Source: a virus
Reading direction: 5' to 3' (one strand)
Length of the DNA: 64,000 bases
Virus record (IMG/VR): IMGVR_UViG_3300014720_000016
Below the pieces are notes generated by a model that saw only the letters and a program-made list of their open reading frames with translations, was not told the origin of the DNA and did not search any database. This document shows, piece by piece, positions 19,227 through 28,854 of this stretch. The stretch's first letter is position 1, and the number at the start of each line of letters is the position of its first letter. A program made the translations under genes and the position numbers.

Positions 19227-19561
19227 TAGAGACCAATAAACTTTCGTAATTTTCCTAAAAAAGACTTGACATCTGTACCGCAGTCTTCTTGTTTTAAGTA
19301 TGGAGGAAACTTACTTATCTCAACAACTAGCCCACTGGGATGAAGATTTCTGTAAAACATTCCATAGGGAGCAGATACCAGTCGGGTATAGTCAAGATAT
19401 GTTAATTCAGTTGCTTCGAAAAGCGTTAGGTTGCAATTACTAGCTAGATAGCGGCCTGGTGTTTCCGTCTCATTTACAGACTCGAACCATTTACAAAGGT
19501 ACCAGGGATGCTCAGCGGTAGCAATTGCAGCAGCGATTTGAAGCGGGGTAAACTTATTCAC
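19226..19561 (-). CDS. Hypothetical protein
   Basis: GTG start overlapping the upstream gene end. Confidence 0.5.
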   Translation of the reverse strand: MNKFTPLQIAAAIATAEHPWYLCKWFESVNETETPGRYLASNCNLTLFEATELTYLDYTRLVSAPYGMFYRNLHPSGLVVEISKFPPYLKQEDCGTDVKSFLGKLRKFIGL

Positions 19562-19907
19562 CAGAAAACATCTTTCTGAAAATCTCGTCTCGCTTGGCTT
19601 TAGCAGCAGCTTCGGCTCTTGCAAGTTCTTTTAGTCCGCTATCTTGGAACTGTTTTCCTTTGATTGGAGCCTCGGCATAATAGTCGTCTATCGGCGACAG
19701 CCAACCGGCTTCGTACCACCAGCTGGCGATAACATTTGCCTTAGATTTAGATCTAACTGCATAGACGATTGCTCCGAAGCTATCGTCAATACTGATGACT
19801 TCGCCGATCTGACCGCAGTGGTCATCCATACCTAGCTCCCAAGCGATAACAGTATGAGTGGGTGGATAGGCGCAGATTTTTACATTGTCGCCAACTTTGT
19901 ATTTCAT
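19554..19907 (-). CDS. Hypothetical protein, SH3/KOW-like N-terminus
   Basis: MKYKVGDNVKI...GQIGEVISI. Confidence 0.6.
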   Translation of the reverse strand: MKYKVGDNVKICAYPPTHTVIAWELGMDDHCGQIGEVISIDDSFGAIVYAVRSKSKANVIASWWYEAGWLSPIDDYYAEAPIKGKQFQDSGLKELARAEAAAKAKRDEIFRKMFSGE

Positions 19908-19916
19908 GACTCACCA

Positions 19917-20228
19917 CTAATCAGTTACTATGATATAGTTTCTATAGGAAAAGCTGGAGTTTTCAAGTCGAGGAGGTCCGCCGCTCCGAGTGAAACGGTA
20001 GTGCAGGCTATCTGTCCAGTTTACGGGAATGTATATCGACCACTCATTGCAAAGCATGATTGTTTTAATTATCACAGATTCATTTTTCTCTGTATAAAAT
20101 TTCCAAGGAGCAGAAGGCAATCGAGCACCATAGTCTCTTCCAATAAGAGTTGCTACCCTGTCTCGTAGGGCTTCGGCATTACCCTCTTGCCATGCGAACC
20201 AAAGATCTACGCTGGCATCAAGTTTCAT
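19917..20228 (-). CDS. MKL family A protein (divergent)
   Basis: MKLDASVDLWFAWQEGNAEALRDRVATLIG. Confidence 0.55.
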   Translation of the reverse strand: MKLDASVDLWFAWQEGNAEALRDRVATLIGRDYGARLPSAPWKFYTEKNESVIIKTIMLCNEWSIYIPVNWTDSLHYRFTRSGGPPRLENSSFSYRNYIIVTD

Positions 20229-20671
20229 TTGCTGCCTTGTTTAGCATTTGCTTCGTAAGCAGATAGTCGAAGCATATAGGCTTCGTGCTGTTTCCGATAA
20301 TACTCTTGCACGTCTAGCTGCGTCATCAGCTGCTTGCTGAGCACATCAAGAACATAAGCCAACGATATGTTTCTTGGAACTGCTTTTTGTTTTTCTGCTT
20401 TTGGATCACTGACTACGATATGAAAAGAAAAAATCTTACCAGAGTACAAGAACTCATTCTTGCGAGGCCATATGCGTGCGACGCCGGCCCGTGGAACGTG
20501 GACACTGTGTATATTTAGCCCGTGGATATTGTAAGATACAATCTTTCGTGTTAGGATGCTCAGATCTCTTTTGTGCAGAAAAGGAATTACTTCGGGAGCA
20601 GAAGCTGCCAGGATCGCTTCTGCTTCCGCGCAAGTATATGCGTAGTTAAGGGCGATATCGAGAAGCTTCAT
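20225..20671 (-). CDS. Hypothetical protein, MKL-start
   Basis: Coupled ORF. Confidence 0.55.
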   Translation of the reverse strand: MKLLDIALNYAYTCAEAEAILAASAPEVIPFLHKRDLSILTRKIVSYNIHGLNIHSVHVPRAGVARIWPRKNEFLYSGKIFSFHIVVSDPKAEKQKAVPRNISLAYVLDVLSKQLMTQLDVQEYYRKQHEAYMLRLSAYEANAKQGSK

Positions 20672-20676
20672 ATTTA

Positions 20677-21009
20677 TTAGATGCCGTCGCGATTCTTATA
20701 ATTAAATGTTTCCGCAGTCTGATGGCAACCTGTTGTGCGCACAGACATCTTGGCAGACATCTTTAGATTTTCACCCAGATTAGATCCTTTGTTTTTCAAA
20801 CGCGTGGCAGCATTAATATACTCTGTCAAGCGCGAATCGGTATTGATCTGAATTGATGCGCCGCCTTTGTGCGAGTAGATCATGTTGCCTGTGTACTGGG
20901 CCACATCCTGTTCCTCTTCAGCGCACTCCTCGCACACAGTTGCCCGCCCAGGCTTGCCGAGACGGGCACGCTTATCATACTCGCTTCCACAGCTTACACA
21001 GATGCTCAT
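20677..21009 (-). CDS. Zn-ribbon hypothetical protein
   Basis: CVSCG...CEECAE; first gene after motif copy 6. Confidence 0.65.
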   Translation of the reverse strand: MSICVSCGSEYDKRARLGKPGRATVCEECAEEEQDVAQYTGNMIYSHKGGASIQINTDSRLTEYINAATRLKNKGSNLGENLKMSAKMSVRTTGCHQTAETFNYKNRDGI

Positions 21010-21095
21010 GTGTATTCCTTTCTTTTATGCTTCACTGAAACTAAGCTCCCGCCTGCGCGCTGGACTTATTCACCGGGCGGGCCGGTCGCCCGACA

Positions 21096-21127
21096 GGATC
21101 GCCCCCGCCCGGCTTTAGGCCCGCCTC
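21096..21127 (-). promoter_or_regulatory. 32-bp element, copy 6
   Basis: GAGGCGGGCC TAAA GCCGGGCGGG GGCGATCC. Confidence 0.7.
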
Positions 21128-21135
21128 GGCTAGCA

Positions 21136-21348
21136 TTACTTGATAGCAGTAAAATCCCAGTTATATGCAAAATCTTTAACAAAGCCTATTTTAACTAATC
21201 TGGCTTCTAGCTCAGTCAGTCTATTCCCGGCAGTATCAGGCTTTAACCACAACGTAATTTTTGGGCGTTCCTCGTAAGAGGTGGCAGATAGACCAGAGTT
21301 TATCCTGACGACATCCTCTGCGCAAACAGGGAAAGAAATCTGAGACAA
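21136..21348 (-). CDS. Hypothetical protein
   Basis: Operon packing. Confidence 0.45.
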   Translation of the reverse strand: MSQISFPVCAEDVVRINSGLSATSYEERPKITLWLKPDTAGNRLTELEARLVKIGFVKDFAYNWDFTAIK

Positions 21349-21351
21349 ACC

Positions 21352-21564
21352 CTAGGATGCGCTAAGCCCACCTCGGTTGATCTTTAATATCGACACGAGC
21401 CCAACATGATCAAACCAGACACCTAGTGTTTGGACTTCTTCCGTGTCCATGAGAACCTGAAAATCTTCTCTGGATGGAATATTTAGATTTCTTACTTTCT
21501 TAAACCACAGGAGCAGATCATATGCATCTTTGCAGAACATTATCTCTAAAGAGGCAAGCTTCAT
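21352..21564 (-). CDS. Hypothetical protein, MKL-start
   Basis: MKLASLEIMF. Confidence 0.5.
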   Translation of the reverse strand: MKLASLEIMFCKDAYDLLLWFKKVRNLNIPSREDFQVLMDTEEVQTLGVWFDHVGLVSILKINRGGLSAS

Positions 21565-21589
21565 TATCTATAGCTTACCTCTTCCGCAG

Positions 21590-21907
21590 CTATTCTCCGT
21601 AGTAGGCCAGCTGAGCCAGGCGCCTAATTCCTTTCAGGCACAGCAGAGGTAGTCCGAGAATAGGAAAGCCTACGATCCCAGCGACGCCTGCGATATAGGA
21701 TTCGCTGTCTTTTTTGCGGGCTGTAAAGCTAGCCAGGTCGCTGCTAAAGCCAAGCGTAAGATAGTGAGTCCAGTAAATAAACGGAGACTCTTGGCCAGCG
21801 GCAGCTTCACGTCGCTCGCGATTAGCGCGCTGCCAGCTACGGATCAGGCCTGTTTCGCTGTCGCTCTTTGCAAGGGCAGAAACCGGATTGGATGGAATAT
21901 TGTTCAT
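21590..21907 (-). CDS. Hypothetical membrane protein
   Basis: Start MNNIPS with AGGAG RBS; C-terminal TM segment. Confidence 0.55.
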   Translation of the reverse strand: MNNIPSNPVSALAKSDSETGLIRSWQRANRERREAAAGQESPFIYWTHYLTLGFSSDLASFTARKKDSESYIAGVAGIVGFPILGLPLLCLKGIRRLAQLAYYGE

Positions 21908-21923
21908 ACTTTCTCCTTGAGCT

Positions 21924-22523
21924 TTAAGTGTGAAATTCAAACGGCTCGAACTTAGCCTCAAGCGGTATGCACTCCCGATCACTGTCTTCATCATCGGGAT
22001 CTAGCAACTCGCCCTCGCTGAATGACTGCTCTAAATTGCACAACACTTTGCCATTCAGCACAACAAACTGTCCCTCGAAGTCGCAGCCAGGTTCTTCGTA
22101 GCGCAGATCAAATTGAACGTCTGGAAAAAACTCTGAGATGGCCACAATGCCCGCAATAGGAGGTGCCCATGCAGACTTAAACGATGCTACTAAGCAATCA
22201 CCCTCTTTGTCAAAACCTACCCCATCTTCCATGACATCCCACTTAGTGCCCCAGTTTTTATTTCGCCAATCATACCAGTCGCTAGCTCCATACTGTGCAA
22301 TCAGGTGCTCATTTAAGCTACCGGCACTAGGAGCTATCGCAGGCTGATCAATCAGCTCGGGAGGGGTCGGTACAAACGCACTTAGCAGCCCAACCTTTAC
22401 CGGAACTCGAGCAGGTTCGTCTGGATCGACAATAACCGCCCGCGATTCAAATTTTTCTTGGAAGTTTGCTAGTGCTGCGGGACTGCCAGATAGCAGGAGT
22501 AAGTTGTTGCACCAATTAGGCAT
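21924..22523 (-). CDS. DUF1281/YubB ferredoxin-like family protein
   Basis: MPNWCNN, DWYDWRNKNWGTKWD, FKSAWAPP, YEEPGCDFEG. Confidence 0.8.
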   Translation of the reverse strand: MPNWCNNLLLLSGSPAALANFQEKFESRAVIVDPDEPARVPVKVGLLSAFVPTPPELIDQPAIAPSAGSLNEHLIAQYGASDWYDWRNKNWGTKWDVMEDGVGFDKEGDCLVASFKSAWAPPIAGIVAISEFFPDVQFDLRYEEPGCDFEGQFVVLNGKVLCNLEQSFSEGELLDPDDEDSDRECIPLEAKFEPFEFHT

Positions 22524-22737
22524 ATCCCTCTCCTTGTTCAGCCGAACACAGCACTGAGTAGGCCAATGGTCCCGGCAGCTACAACGCCTAGGAAGATCAG
22601 CCCGCCCAGAAACATGGCAATGCCCTCGAAGAAGAAGTTACCAAACTTAAGAGCATAACCAAATGCAGCGGGAACAACAAGTACGCCGAGAAGAATCAGA
22701 ATAAAAGACATGTGCTTTCCTTTGTAGTATAAGCCGT

Positions 22738-23043
22738 TCAGGCCTCAGGGTGACATTCAATTACGAGTGGATGACCGGCAGAACGTGCTCTGATTATTGC
22801 TTTCTCAGTCTTGGTCTCTGCAATATCTCGAGTGTATGTGCCGACTACGCCGGCCCCTTTCTGGTGGACGGCTAGAGTGATAGAGGTAGCTTCTGTAGCC
22901 CCCTTTTTAAAAATGGTGGTTAGAATATCTACGACAAACTCCATCGGAGTAAAGTCGTCATTCATTATGATAACCTTAAACATGCGGGGCGGATCGTTGC
23001 CAATCTTTGATCGCGTGTCCTTTAGCGTATCATTATCACTCAT
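22738..23043 (-). CDS. clpS: ATP-dependent Clp protease adaptor ClpS
   Basis: KVIIMNDDFTPMEFVVDIL, VHQKGAGVVGTYTRDIAETK, GHPL. Confidence 0.95.
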   Translation of the reverse strand: MSDNDTLKDTRSKIGNDPPRMFKVIIMNDDFTPMEFVVDILTTIFKKGATEATSITLAVHQKGAGVVGTYTRDIAETKTEKAIIRARSAGHPLVIECHPEA

Positions 23044-23605
23044 GATGTAGCTCGTCTATTGGTTTTTGTGCAATCAAGAAAGATGATCTATCAGGATAGG
23101 CTTCCGGTATGCCTTCCAGGTGATCGCTTTCGATTACGACTTCCTTGCAAAAGGAATCTGCATCAGGACAGCGAGCAGGCACCAGATCTATATCTTTTAA
23201 GCGGAAACCACCGGCTATCAGTGCAGAACAAAAAGGTTGCGCATCAAAGCCGCGCCAGTAATGCTGCCTAAATACAGATCGAATATATACTGATCCACCT
23301 GGAACAAGAGCGCGATAGATACTGGCAAAAAGTGTTTCGCTTTCGCCAGCTAGGATGATTCCGCTACCCCATTCCCCTATGACATAATGCAGTAGTACTG
23401 CCTGTACCGAGGCGTCAGGAAAACCAATGCCTTTCCTGGCATCCCGGTAGAAGTGGGGGTCGGCAGGAAAGTGGTGGTTTAACCTGCCTTGTGAATCCCG
23501 GTATTCATGCGCAGTTGCTGGATGGTTGATTGTTAAAGCATCTGGGTATCTAAATAGGAACGGATTTCTTCCAGATCCTATATCAAGAAAGGGCGCGGGT
23601 TTCAC
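23036..23605 (-). CDS. Class I SAM-dependent methyltransferase-like protein
   Basis: FLDIGSG motif I, FPDASV, IYRALVPGG. Confidence 0.65.
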   Translation of the reverse strand: MKPAPFLDIGSGRNPFLFRYPDALTINHPATAHEYRDSQGRLNHHFPADPHFYRDARKGIGFPDASVQAVLLHYVIGEWGSGIILAGESETLFASIYRALVPGGSVYIRSVFRQHYWRGFDAQPFCSALIAGGFRLKDIDLVPARCPDADSFCKEVVIESDHLEGIPEAYPDRSSFLIAQKPIDELHHE

Positions 23606-23611
23606 GGCGTA

Positions 23612-24220
23612 TCAGTAGCGATGTAGCCTACGACCGGACTCTGGGCCATAGTAGGCAGTGATGTAATTACTGCCACCACCTTCGTAGTCATTGTCACGGT
23701 TATACTCATCGTTGCCAACAATCGTGCCGCCTGTTCCGCGAACCCACTCGATGGCATTTAGCTTTTTGAATAGCTCCCGCGCAATCGGATGGGCGCGGGC
23801 GTGCTCCCGAGCGTGGTTGTTTTCTGAGACTGCCCAAGTTACCGAGCAAGCCTTGTCATCAAAATAGACCTGTGCGTCTTCGATATCAAGGGCACACCCA
23901 ACGGACACTTTACGAGTGCTCAGATCGCCTTTGCGAGGCGCACGCAGCTTGACAGCGTTAGTAGGCGTCCTAGCGACAAGCATATCGAAAACTCTATAGT
24001 AGTCGGAGTCGCTCGCTTTTGAATGCACCAGTCGCCTGACGGCATCCTCTAGCTCTGCACTTTTAATCGGCTTGGCCTTAAGCTCTTTAAAGCAAGCCGT
24101 GGCGATGTTAAAAAGCCGCAGCTCATTATTATTCCAAGCCGTCAGCATCTCTTTGCGAAAACGTGGATAATCCTTGGAAGGCAGCTTGATGGTGCCGCGC
24201 TCCCACTCGTAACAGCTCAT
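23612..24220 (-). CDS. Hypothetical protein
   Basis: 202-aa ORF with RBS. Confidence 0.65.
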   Translation of the reverse strand: MSCYEWERGTIKLPSKDYPRFRKEMLTAWNNNELRLFNIATACFKELKAKPIKSAELEDAVRRLVHSKASDSDYYRVFDMLVARTPTNAVKLRAPRKGDLSTRKVSVGCALDIEDAQVYFDDKACSVTWAVSENNHAREHARAHPIARELFKKLNAIEWVRGTGGTIVGNDEYNRDNDYEGGGSNYITAYYGPESGRRLHRY

Positions 24221-24434
24221 TGCTATGTCCTATATGCCTACAGGCATTTTAGAGATTTATTCTTCTACTTCAGGCTCAACTACTTGAAGCCCAAGCTCGG
24301 GAAGGGGCATGTTGTCTGCCTTCCGTTCTGGGAGCACCGCCTCTTCCGCGTTCTGAATCACTACCACTTCACCGGGAGAAATATCAAAAACTACGATTGG
24401 CATGGCTGCCTCCGTGGTGCGGTTGTGCCCGACT

Positions 24435-24466
24435 GGATCGGGGCGGCCCGGCCCGCTCTGGCATTC
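24435..24466 (-). promoter_or_regulatory. Degenerate 32-bp element (copy 7, lacks TAAA)
   Basis: CCGGGCCGCCCCGATCC half retained, 32 nt upstream of a GGAGG-preceded ATG at 24403. Confidence 0.4.
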
Positions 24467-24504
24467 TACCTAATATATTACATAATATTTAGCATCAGAT
24501 GCCT

Positions 24505-25059
24505 TCAGTACCTGCACTCGGGATGACGCAAGAATAGAGGGCGATAACCAACGAGCTTGCCATGAAGCGCTTCTGAGGTTGTCCTTCCAACATAGACCCA
24601 ATGCCACGGTTCCTTGGGCGCGGTATTCACCCAGCCTAATTCTGGTCCGACGCGAGCAAGCCACCTATAGGTTTCTGATCGGGACCTCTTTCGGCGCTTC
24701 TTGCCGCAACGCACGGAGGTATTGGACAGATCAAGCGCAATTCCAGCCTGATGAGAGCTCAGTCCTAATGGAGCTGCCCATCGTCGCCGCTGTCGTAACA
24801 TGCGCCTCTGCTCACTAGAGCTGCGATAGGCAGAATTGATTTCCCAGTGAATGCCGTCAGTTTCCGCCCGCGCTACTAATTCCTGGTAAGCATCTGCGGC
24901 ATCTTGCCGCAGTATGTAGTCCTGGCCATCTGGACCTGTTCCTATTTTCTTTCCCCAGAATGGAGCCTTGTAACCATCGCTATAAGCATCTTCGACATAG
25001 CGCAGGTTGTAACCTAGGTCTGCGTAAAACGAAAAGACAAGGACAAGATGAAATATCAT
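24505..25059 (-). CDS. Peptidase M15B (VanY-like D-Ala-D-Ala carboxypeptidase/endolysin family)
   Basis: SAYRS, SSHQAGIALD (SxHxxGxAxD), EPWHW; hydrophobic N-terminus. Confidence 0.88.
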   Translation of the reverse strand: MIFHLVLVFSFYADLGYNLRYVEDAYSDGYKAPFWGKKIGTGPDGQDYILRQDAADAYQELVARAETDGIHWEINSAYRSSSEQRRMLRQRRRWAAPLGLSSHQAGIALDLSNTSVRCGKKRRKRSRSETYRWLARVGPELGWVNTAPKEPWHWVYVGRTTSEALHGKLVGYRPLFLRHPECRY

Positions 25060-25061
25060 AA

Positions 25062-25433
25062 CTAGCTCGTAGATGACGAGCCGCCATCTTTGTTAGGAGA
25101 TAGAGCAGGATTCACAATGAACTGTGATCTTGTTATGTTCCCTAGCTCATCAAAATGAATGATTGCAGGCCCATCGGTGCGGTGGCACTTGCCATTCACG
25201 TAGTACTCAAGAGCGCGAACCGTTCCGTTAGGCCAGAACCACGCAGCAGCAGGCCCATGCGTATTCGTTATAAAACCAGTATTAGTTCGCCAGTGAGCAG
25301 ACTGTATAGTGCCGCGCTCTTTGTAAACAACTAGATATGCGCCCTCTTTGGCAGAGTACAGCCTTCCCCAATCCGGGTTCCATACCGCATCAGGAGGCCC
25401 GCTTGCTAGGAATTCCAAGAATGCAAGTTTCAT
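25062..25433 (-). CDS. MKL-start protein with HRxDGPA beta-repeats
   Basis: TNTHGPAA, NGKCHRTDGPAII. Confidence 0.65.
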   Translation of the reverse strand: MKLAFLEFLASGPPDAVWNPDWGRLYSAKEGAYLVVYKERGTIQSAHWRTNTGFITNTHGPAAAWFWPNGTVRALEYYVNGKCHRTDGPAIIHFDELGNITRSQFIVNPALSPNKDGGSSSTS

Positions 25434-25475
25434 AAATTACTGTAAGCCTTACTACTAAAAGGCCTGGAGAAATAC

Positions 25476-25760
25476 ATGATAAAGAAACTTGCAGAAATCG
25501 CAAATGAACTGGATGCAGCTGGCGAGATGGCTGCGGCGGACAGGGTAGACGCCATAATCGACAACCTACGCCAAGCAGCTGCCGGCGACATGAAGCGTCA
25601 CCCCGATTGGGTGGCGGCAGCCAGCCGGGCCTTACCAATGCTGGATTCAGCGATGGATTGTTTTACCGACAAGAATGTCACCCCTCCGGGCGATCTAGTA
25701 TGGGCAATCGAAGATCTCCGCAAGATTGTGGAGTTCAATAAAAAGAACCCCGCTAAGTAG
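25476..25760 (+). CDS. IANELD-motif protein
   Basis: GGAGA RBS; KKLAEIANELDAAGEMAAADRVDAII matches the N-terminus of 32405. Confidence 0.7.
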   Translation: MIKKLAEIANELDAAGEMAAADRVDAIIDNLRQAAAGDMKRHPDWVAAASRALPMLDSAMDCFTDKNVTPPGDLVWAIEDLRKIVEFNKKNPAK

Positions 25761-26031
25761 ATTTTTTGATTGCAGCTTCTGCAAGCTGTACGGCATCGCA
25801 GTAGATGCCAAAGCCTCGAGAATCGGACTCGGCACTAAGTCGGTTCGACTCAAGCAGCGCACGACAAGCATCTAGAGCCGTATCGCGTTGCCTGCGCATT
25901 ACGCAGAGGCCGCAAGGTCGATCTGCTGCACACTCATAGGTAAGCTCACCCGGACCAGCTACCGCGCAACCACCGATCTCAATCTGCCACATTAGGGCCT
26001 GGTAGGCCGCCTTCCAGTCTTTGTCTCTCAC
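25753..26031 (-). CDS. Hypothetical protein
   Basis: Operon packing. Confidence 0.5.
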   Translation of the reverse strand: MRDKDWKAAYQALMWQIEIGGCAVAGPGELTYECAADRPCGLCVMRRQRDTALDACRALLESNRLSAESDSRGFGIYCDAVQLAEAAIKKST

Positions 26032-26042
26032 AAGATCAGTAC

Positions 26043-26579
26043 CTACTCTTCCCAGTATACCTTCTCTCCCCTTCTATAAAGCCGTAGCTCAGGAGGAGGG
26101 CTGTCCAGATTGACAGTAAAGTGCTTATCATAAATAGTAAAATAGTTATTTGGTAGCAGCCCAAAGTTACCGGCTTCAAGTGCAATCAAGGAAAGGGGCT
26201 TGTGTTCCTGAGGGTACCTAGAGAAGCCATCGCTCCAATCTATGATAATCCCGGTATGACGAAATAGAAAATTTTCTTTTATTGTCTTTCCAGTTAACCC
26301 ATCTAGGTACGGAAAATGAGTAGCAGTTATATCGCTGCCCATGCAACCCCATGGCTCAATTGCCGGCAAGGTATCGGGCACAGCTTTATCCCTCAAAACT
26401 GAAAGAGGTAGACCGCTCCAGTGAGCCCCGCTTTGCAACTGAACATGAGTAAGCATAAGCTGACCCGGTCTAGCAAATACTCCATGAAGAATTCCCTGGG
26501 TCAGTCCAGGTTGCATATCATGGCCGAGATGCTCGTTGTCTACCCATACGTAGAAATGATGTGGCAGAGCTATATGCAT
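26043..26579 (-). CDS. Hypothetical protein
   Basis: 178-aa ORF with GAGG RBS. Confidence 0.65.
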   Translation of the reverse strand: MHIALPHHFYVWVDNEHLGHDMQPGLTQGILHGVFARPGQLMLTHVQLQSGAHWSGLPLSVLRDKAVPDTLPAIEPWGCMGSDITATHFPYLDGLTGKTIKENFLFRHTGIIIDWSDGFSRYPQEHKPLSLIALEAGNFGLLPNNYFTIYDKHFTVNLDSPPPELRLYRRGEKVYWEE

Positions 26580-26584
26580 CGGGA

Positions 26585-26845
26585 CTACCTCACAACAAAT
26601 GCGTAGTTACCAGGAGGATACCCGGCTGGTGGGTGGGAGCGATGGTTCCATACTCCATCGCACCAATAATTCCATGACTCATGACCTTTGACTATTGAGA
26701 TGCACAACCAATCGCTACTTATCTCTGGATTAGCAGTTATCCTCTCAGGTGGCTCAATCCCAATTTCTCGCGAAACTATTCGTACTACCTCGCGCCAATC
26801 GCGCGAGGCGGCAGCAGATTGCAAAGCCCAGTCATGGAGTTTCAT
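26585..26845 (-). CDS. MKL family A protein
   Basis: MKLHDWALQSAAASRDWREVVRIVSREIG...NYW. Confidence 0.7.
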   Translation of the reverse strand: MKLHDWALQSAAASRDWREVVRIVSREIGIEPPERITANPEISSDWLCISIVKGHESWNYWCDGVWNHRSHPPAGYPPGNYAFVVR

Positions 26846-26878
26846 TATTTGCCTGCATCATTACAGCAGGCTAGATCG

Positions 26879-27355
26879 TCAACTTCCTAGCTGAGCTTCT
26901 AGTTCAGCAGTGCGCTTGCGTAGGCGCTCAAGTTCATCTAGAGCATCTTTGTGCCGCTTAGCTTCCTCTGCCTGCTTGCGCTCTACGTCAGCCTTCTGCT
27001 GGCGCGCTAGCTTGTTTGTAAGCTGGCGCCGGAACAAAGGGCGACTAGGAAACGGAGGAGTTACGAAAACTTCATTATCATACAGCGTATTACCATTAAA
27101 CACAAACGCAGTATAGTTGACATCGCCCCGGCATTGTACGCGAAAGATAACTTCAGGGAATGCCTTGGATAGTGCAAGGGTCACACTGTGGCCTCCCGAC
27201 CACTTTGTTTCCGGGCTAAAGCGCCGCCAGCACCATGCAACGAAATTGCCGTCCTGCCTAAAATCAGTAAGCGCATTAGCTTCTGCCGCAATCTGCGCTT
27301 CAAGGGTTGGATTCGAATCGGCAATGTCAATGCAAAAAGAGTAATAACTTCCCAT
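26879..27355 (-). CDS. Hypothetical protein with C-terminal coiled coil
   Basis: Coupled ORF. Confidence 0.6.
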   Translation of the reverse strand: MGSYYSFCIDIADSNPTLEAQIAAEANALTDFRQDGNFVAWCWRRFSPETKWSGGHSVTLALSKAFPEVIFRVQCRGDVNYTAFVFNGNTLYDNEVFVTPPFPSRPLFRRQLTNKLARQQKADVERKQAEEAKRHKDALDELERLRKRTAELEAQLGS

Positions 27356-27813
27356 TATTTTTCCTCGGCTTTTGCAGCCTTTGTGTTATAACCTGACAGT
27401 AGGGCGAAGCCCTCGTGACGGGTCCATGTAACAGATGATGGCAGTCCGTATAGCGCCTCGGCTTCGCATCGCCCACAGCTAGCCGCGACTGCGGTACAGT
27501 CGCCAGAATGATGCGCGGATAGTTGCAGCTTGTGATGCGACACGAAGGCGCTAAATCCTCCCGGCCAAAGCGCATCCCAGCAATCGCCGTATTCATGCGT
27601 ATCACTAAATAGTTTCTTCATAAGGCCGGCTACAATTCCCTCGTAGCGCACCTGAGCATCTCGCGCACTAGCGGAGCCAAGCCCACCCTTTAGATGCATA
27701 TCAGCAGTAAGCAGCCGGTCATGAACAATGTATTCCAAGCACCAGCGATAATATGCAGCTCTATGAGCGTCCTCACTAATGTCCGCTGGCGGTGGGCATA
27801 TGTCGTGGCTCAT
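27355..27813 (-). CDS. Hypothetical protein
   Basis: HSGDCT...CGRC; coupled ORF. Confidence 0.6.
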   Translation of the reverse strand: MSHDICPPPADISEDAHRAAYYRWCLEYIVHDRLLTADMHLKGGLGSASARDAQVRYEGIVAGLMKKLFSDTHEYGDCWDALWPGGFSAFVSHHKLQLSAHHSGDCTAVAASCGRCEAEALYGLPSSVTWTRHEGFALLSGYNTKAAKAEEK

Positions 27814-27930
27814 GTATCACCTTGGTTTTCGCACGGATTCTGCCATGGTAGCCATGGCTATCGCAATAATCCAAAAAGGAGCACTGAGGATAAAAGCAGC
27901 AAAGATAATAGCTATTTCCAAGTACTTTTC

Positions 27931-28317
27931 CTAGGTTAAGTGATTCTTGTATACACAATAGCCGCTTGAGAGCGAGCTTCTTGCAAAACCAGCGGCCTCT
28001 GCCGCAGCTATTGCCTCTAGAGCCCCTGCGCTCGCAGGCATATTAAAATTAAGATAAATGGCACCTAACAAACTAGGTGCATCCCACTCGGTATCGCCAC
28101 CCATAGCAGAAATACCATCTTCTGAAACACCAAGCCTGTATATCATGAAGGCGCGCCGCGACACCCACTCTATCAGCAGGCTGTCCTCGCGAGCGAGTTG
28201 CAGCAGCATGTTAAATGGCACCCCGCATATTTCCTTAGGAACCGGCAAACCATAATCTGCAATTGATGCGCGGATATACTCATCGCTACCGGCCCACCAG
28301 ACATTTGCTAATTTCAT
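27931..28317 (-). CDS. Hypothetical protein, MKL-start
   Basis: MKLANVWW with ATGA overlap at 28314-28317. Confidence 0.55.
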   Translation of the reverse strand: MKLANVWWAGSDEYIRASIADYGLPVPKEICGVPFNMLLQLAREDSLLIEWVSRRAFMIYRLGVSEDGISAMGGDTEWDAPSLLGAIYLNFNMPASAGALEAIAAAEAAGFARSSLSSGYCVYKNHLT

Positions 28318-28853
28318 TTGCCTGCACAGCCGACGCAAAGCGATTTGATCCATCCAGAATTGACTTCGGCGTCCGCTCGCCCGCCACACTTTTCACAGAC
28401 ATGGCGGGAGACGCCCTCTGCCATGCGCACAAGACCGTCGATATATCTGTCGCCTCCTACATAGTAAAAGCACAGTACGCCGAACTTTTCTTTTACCTGG
28501 GTACACTGTACCTGATATATAGGCTCATGGGGCGTAAGAAAAGCAGCCTTGGCAATTACTTCATCTACGCGGTCGGCTACTTTAGGGCTGACCTTGAAAG
28601 TCGGCACGCCCCAATTAAAATGCTTTTCTAGCGGCCGTTTATTACCGGAGATGCCTGCTCGCAAGGCGCGATTATACCGCAGGTCTCGAGCACGGATGCT
28701 TCGCGAGCCACTGATATGATGTTGAATATTGGTACAGAGAACGTCAATGATGTTGTACCAGCCATCGCCGCAGCTGATGCCAATAAAGTCATTACCCCTG
28801 CGAAAGATGCGCGGGTGATCACGATATAGTTTTTCTTCCAGCCCAGGCGACAT
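28314..28853 (-). CDS. Phage-type hypothetical protein
   Basis: CGDGW...QVKEKFG.L.FY...CEKCG...LC pattern, recalled from large-phage ORFs. Confidence 0.7.
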   Translation of the reverse strand: MSPGLEEKLYRDHPRIFRRGNDFIGISCGDGWYNIIDVLCTNIQHHISGSRSIRARDLRYNRALRAGISGNKRPLEKHFNWGVPTFKVSPKVADRVDEVIAKAAFLTPHEPIYQVQCTQVKEKFGVLCFYYVGGDRYIDGLVRMAEGVSRHVCEKCGGRADAEVNSGWIKSLCVGCAGK

Positions 28854-28854
28854 A

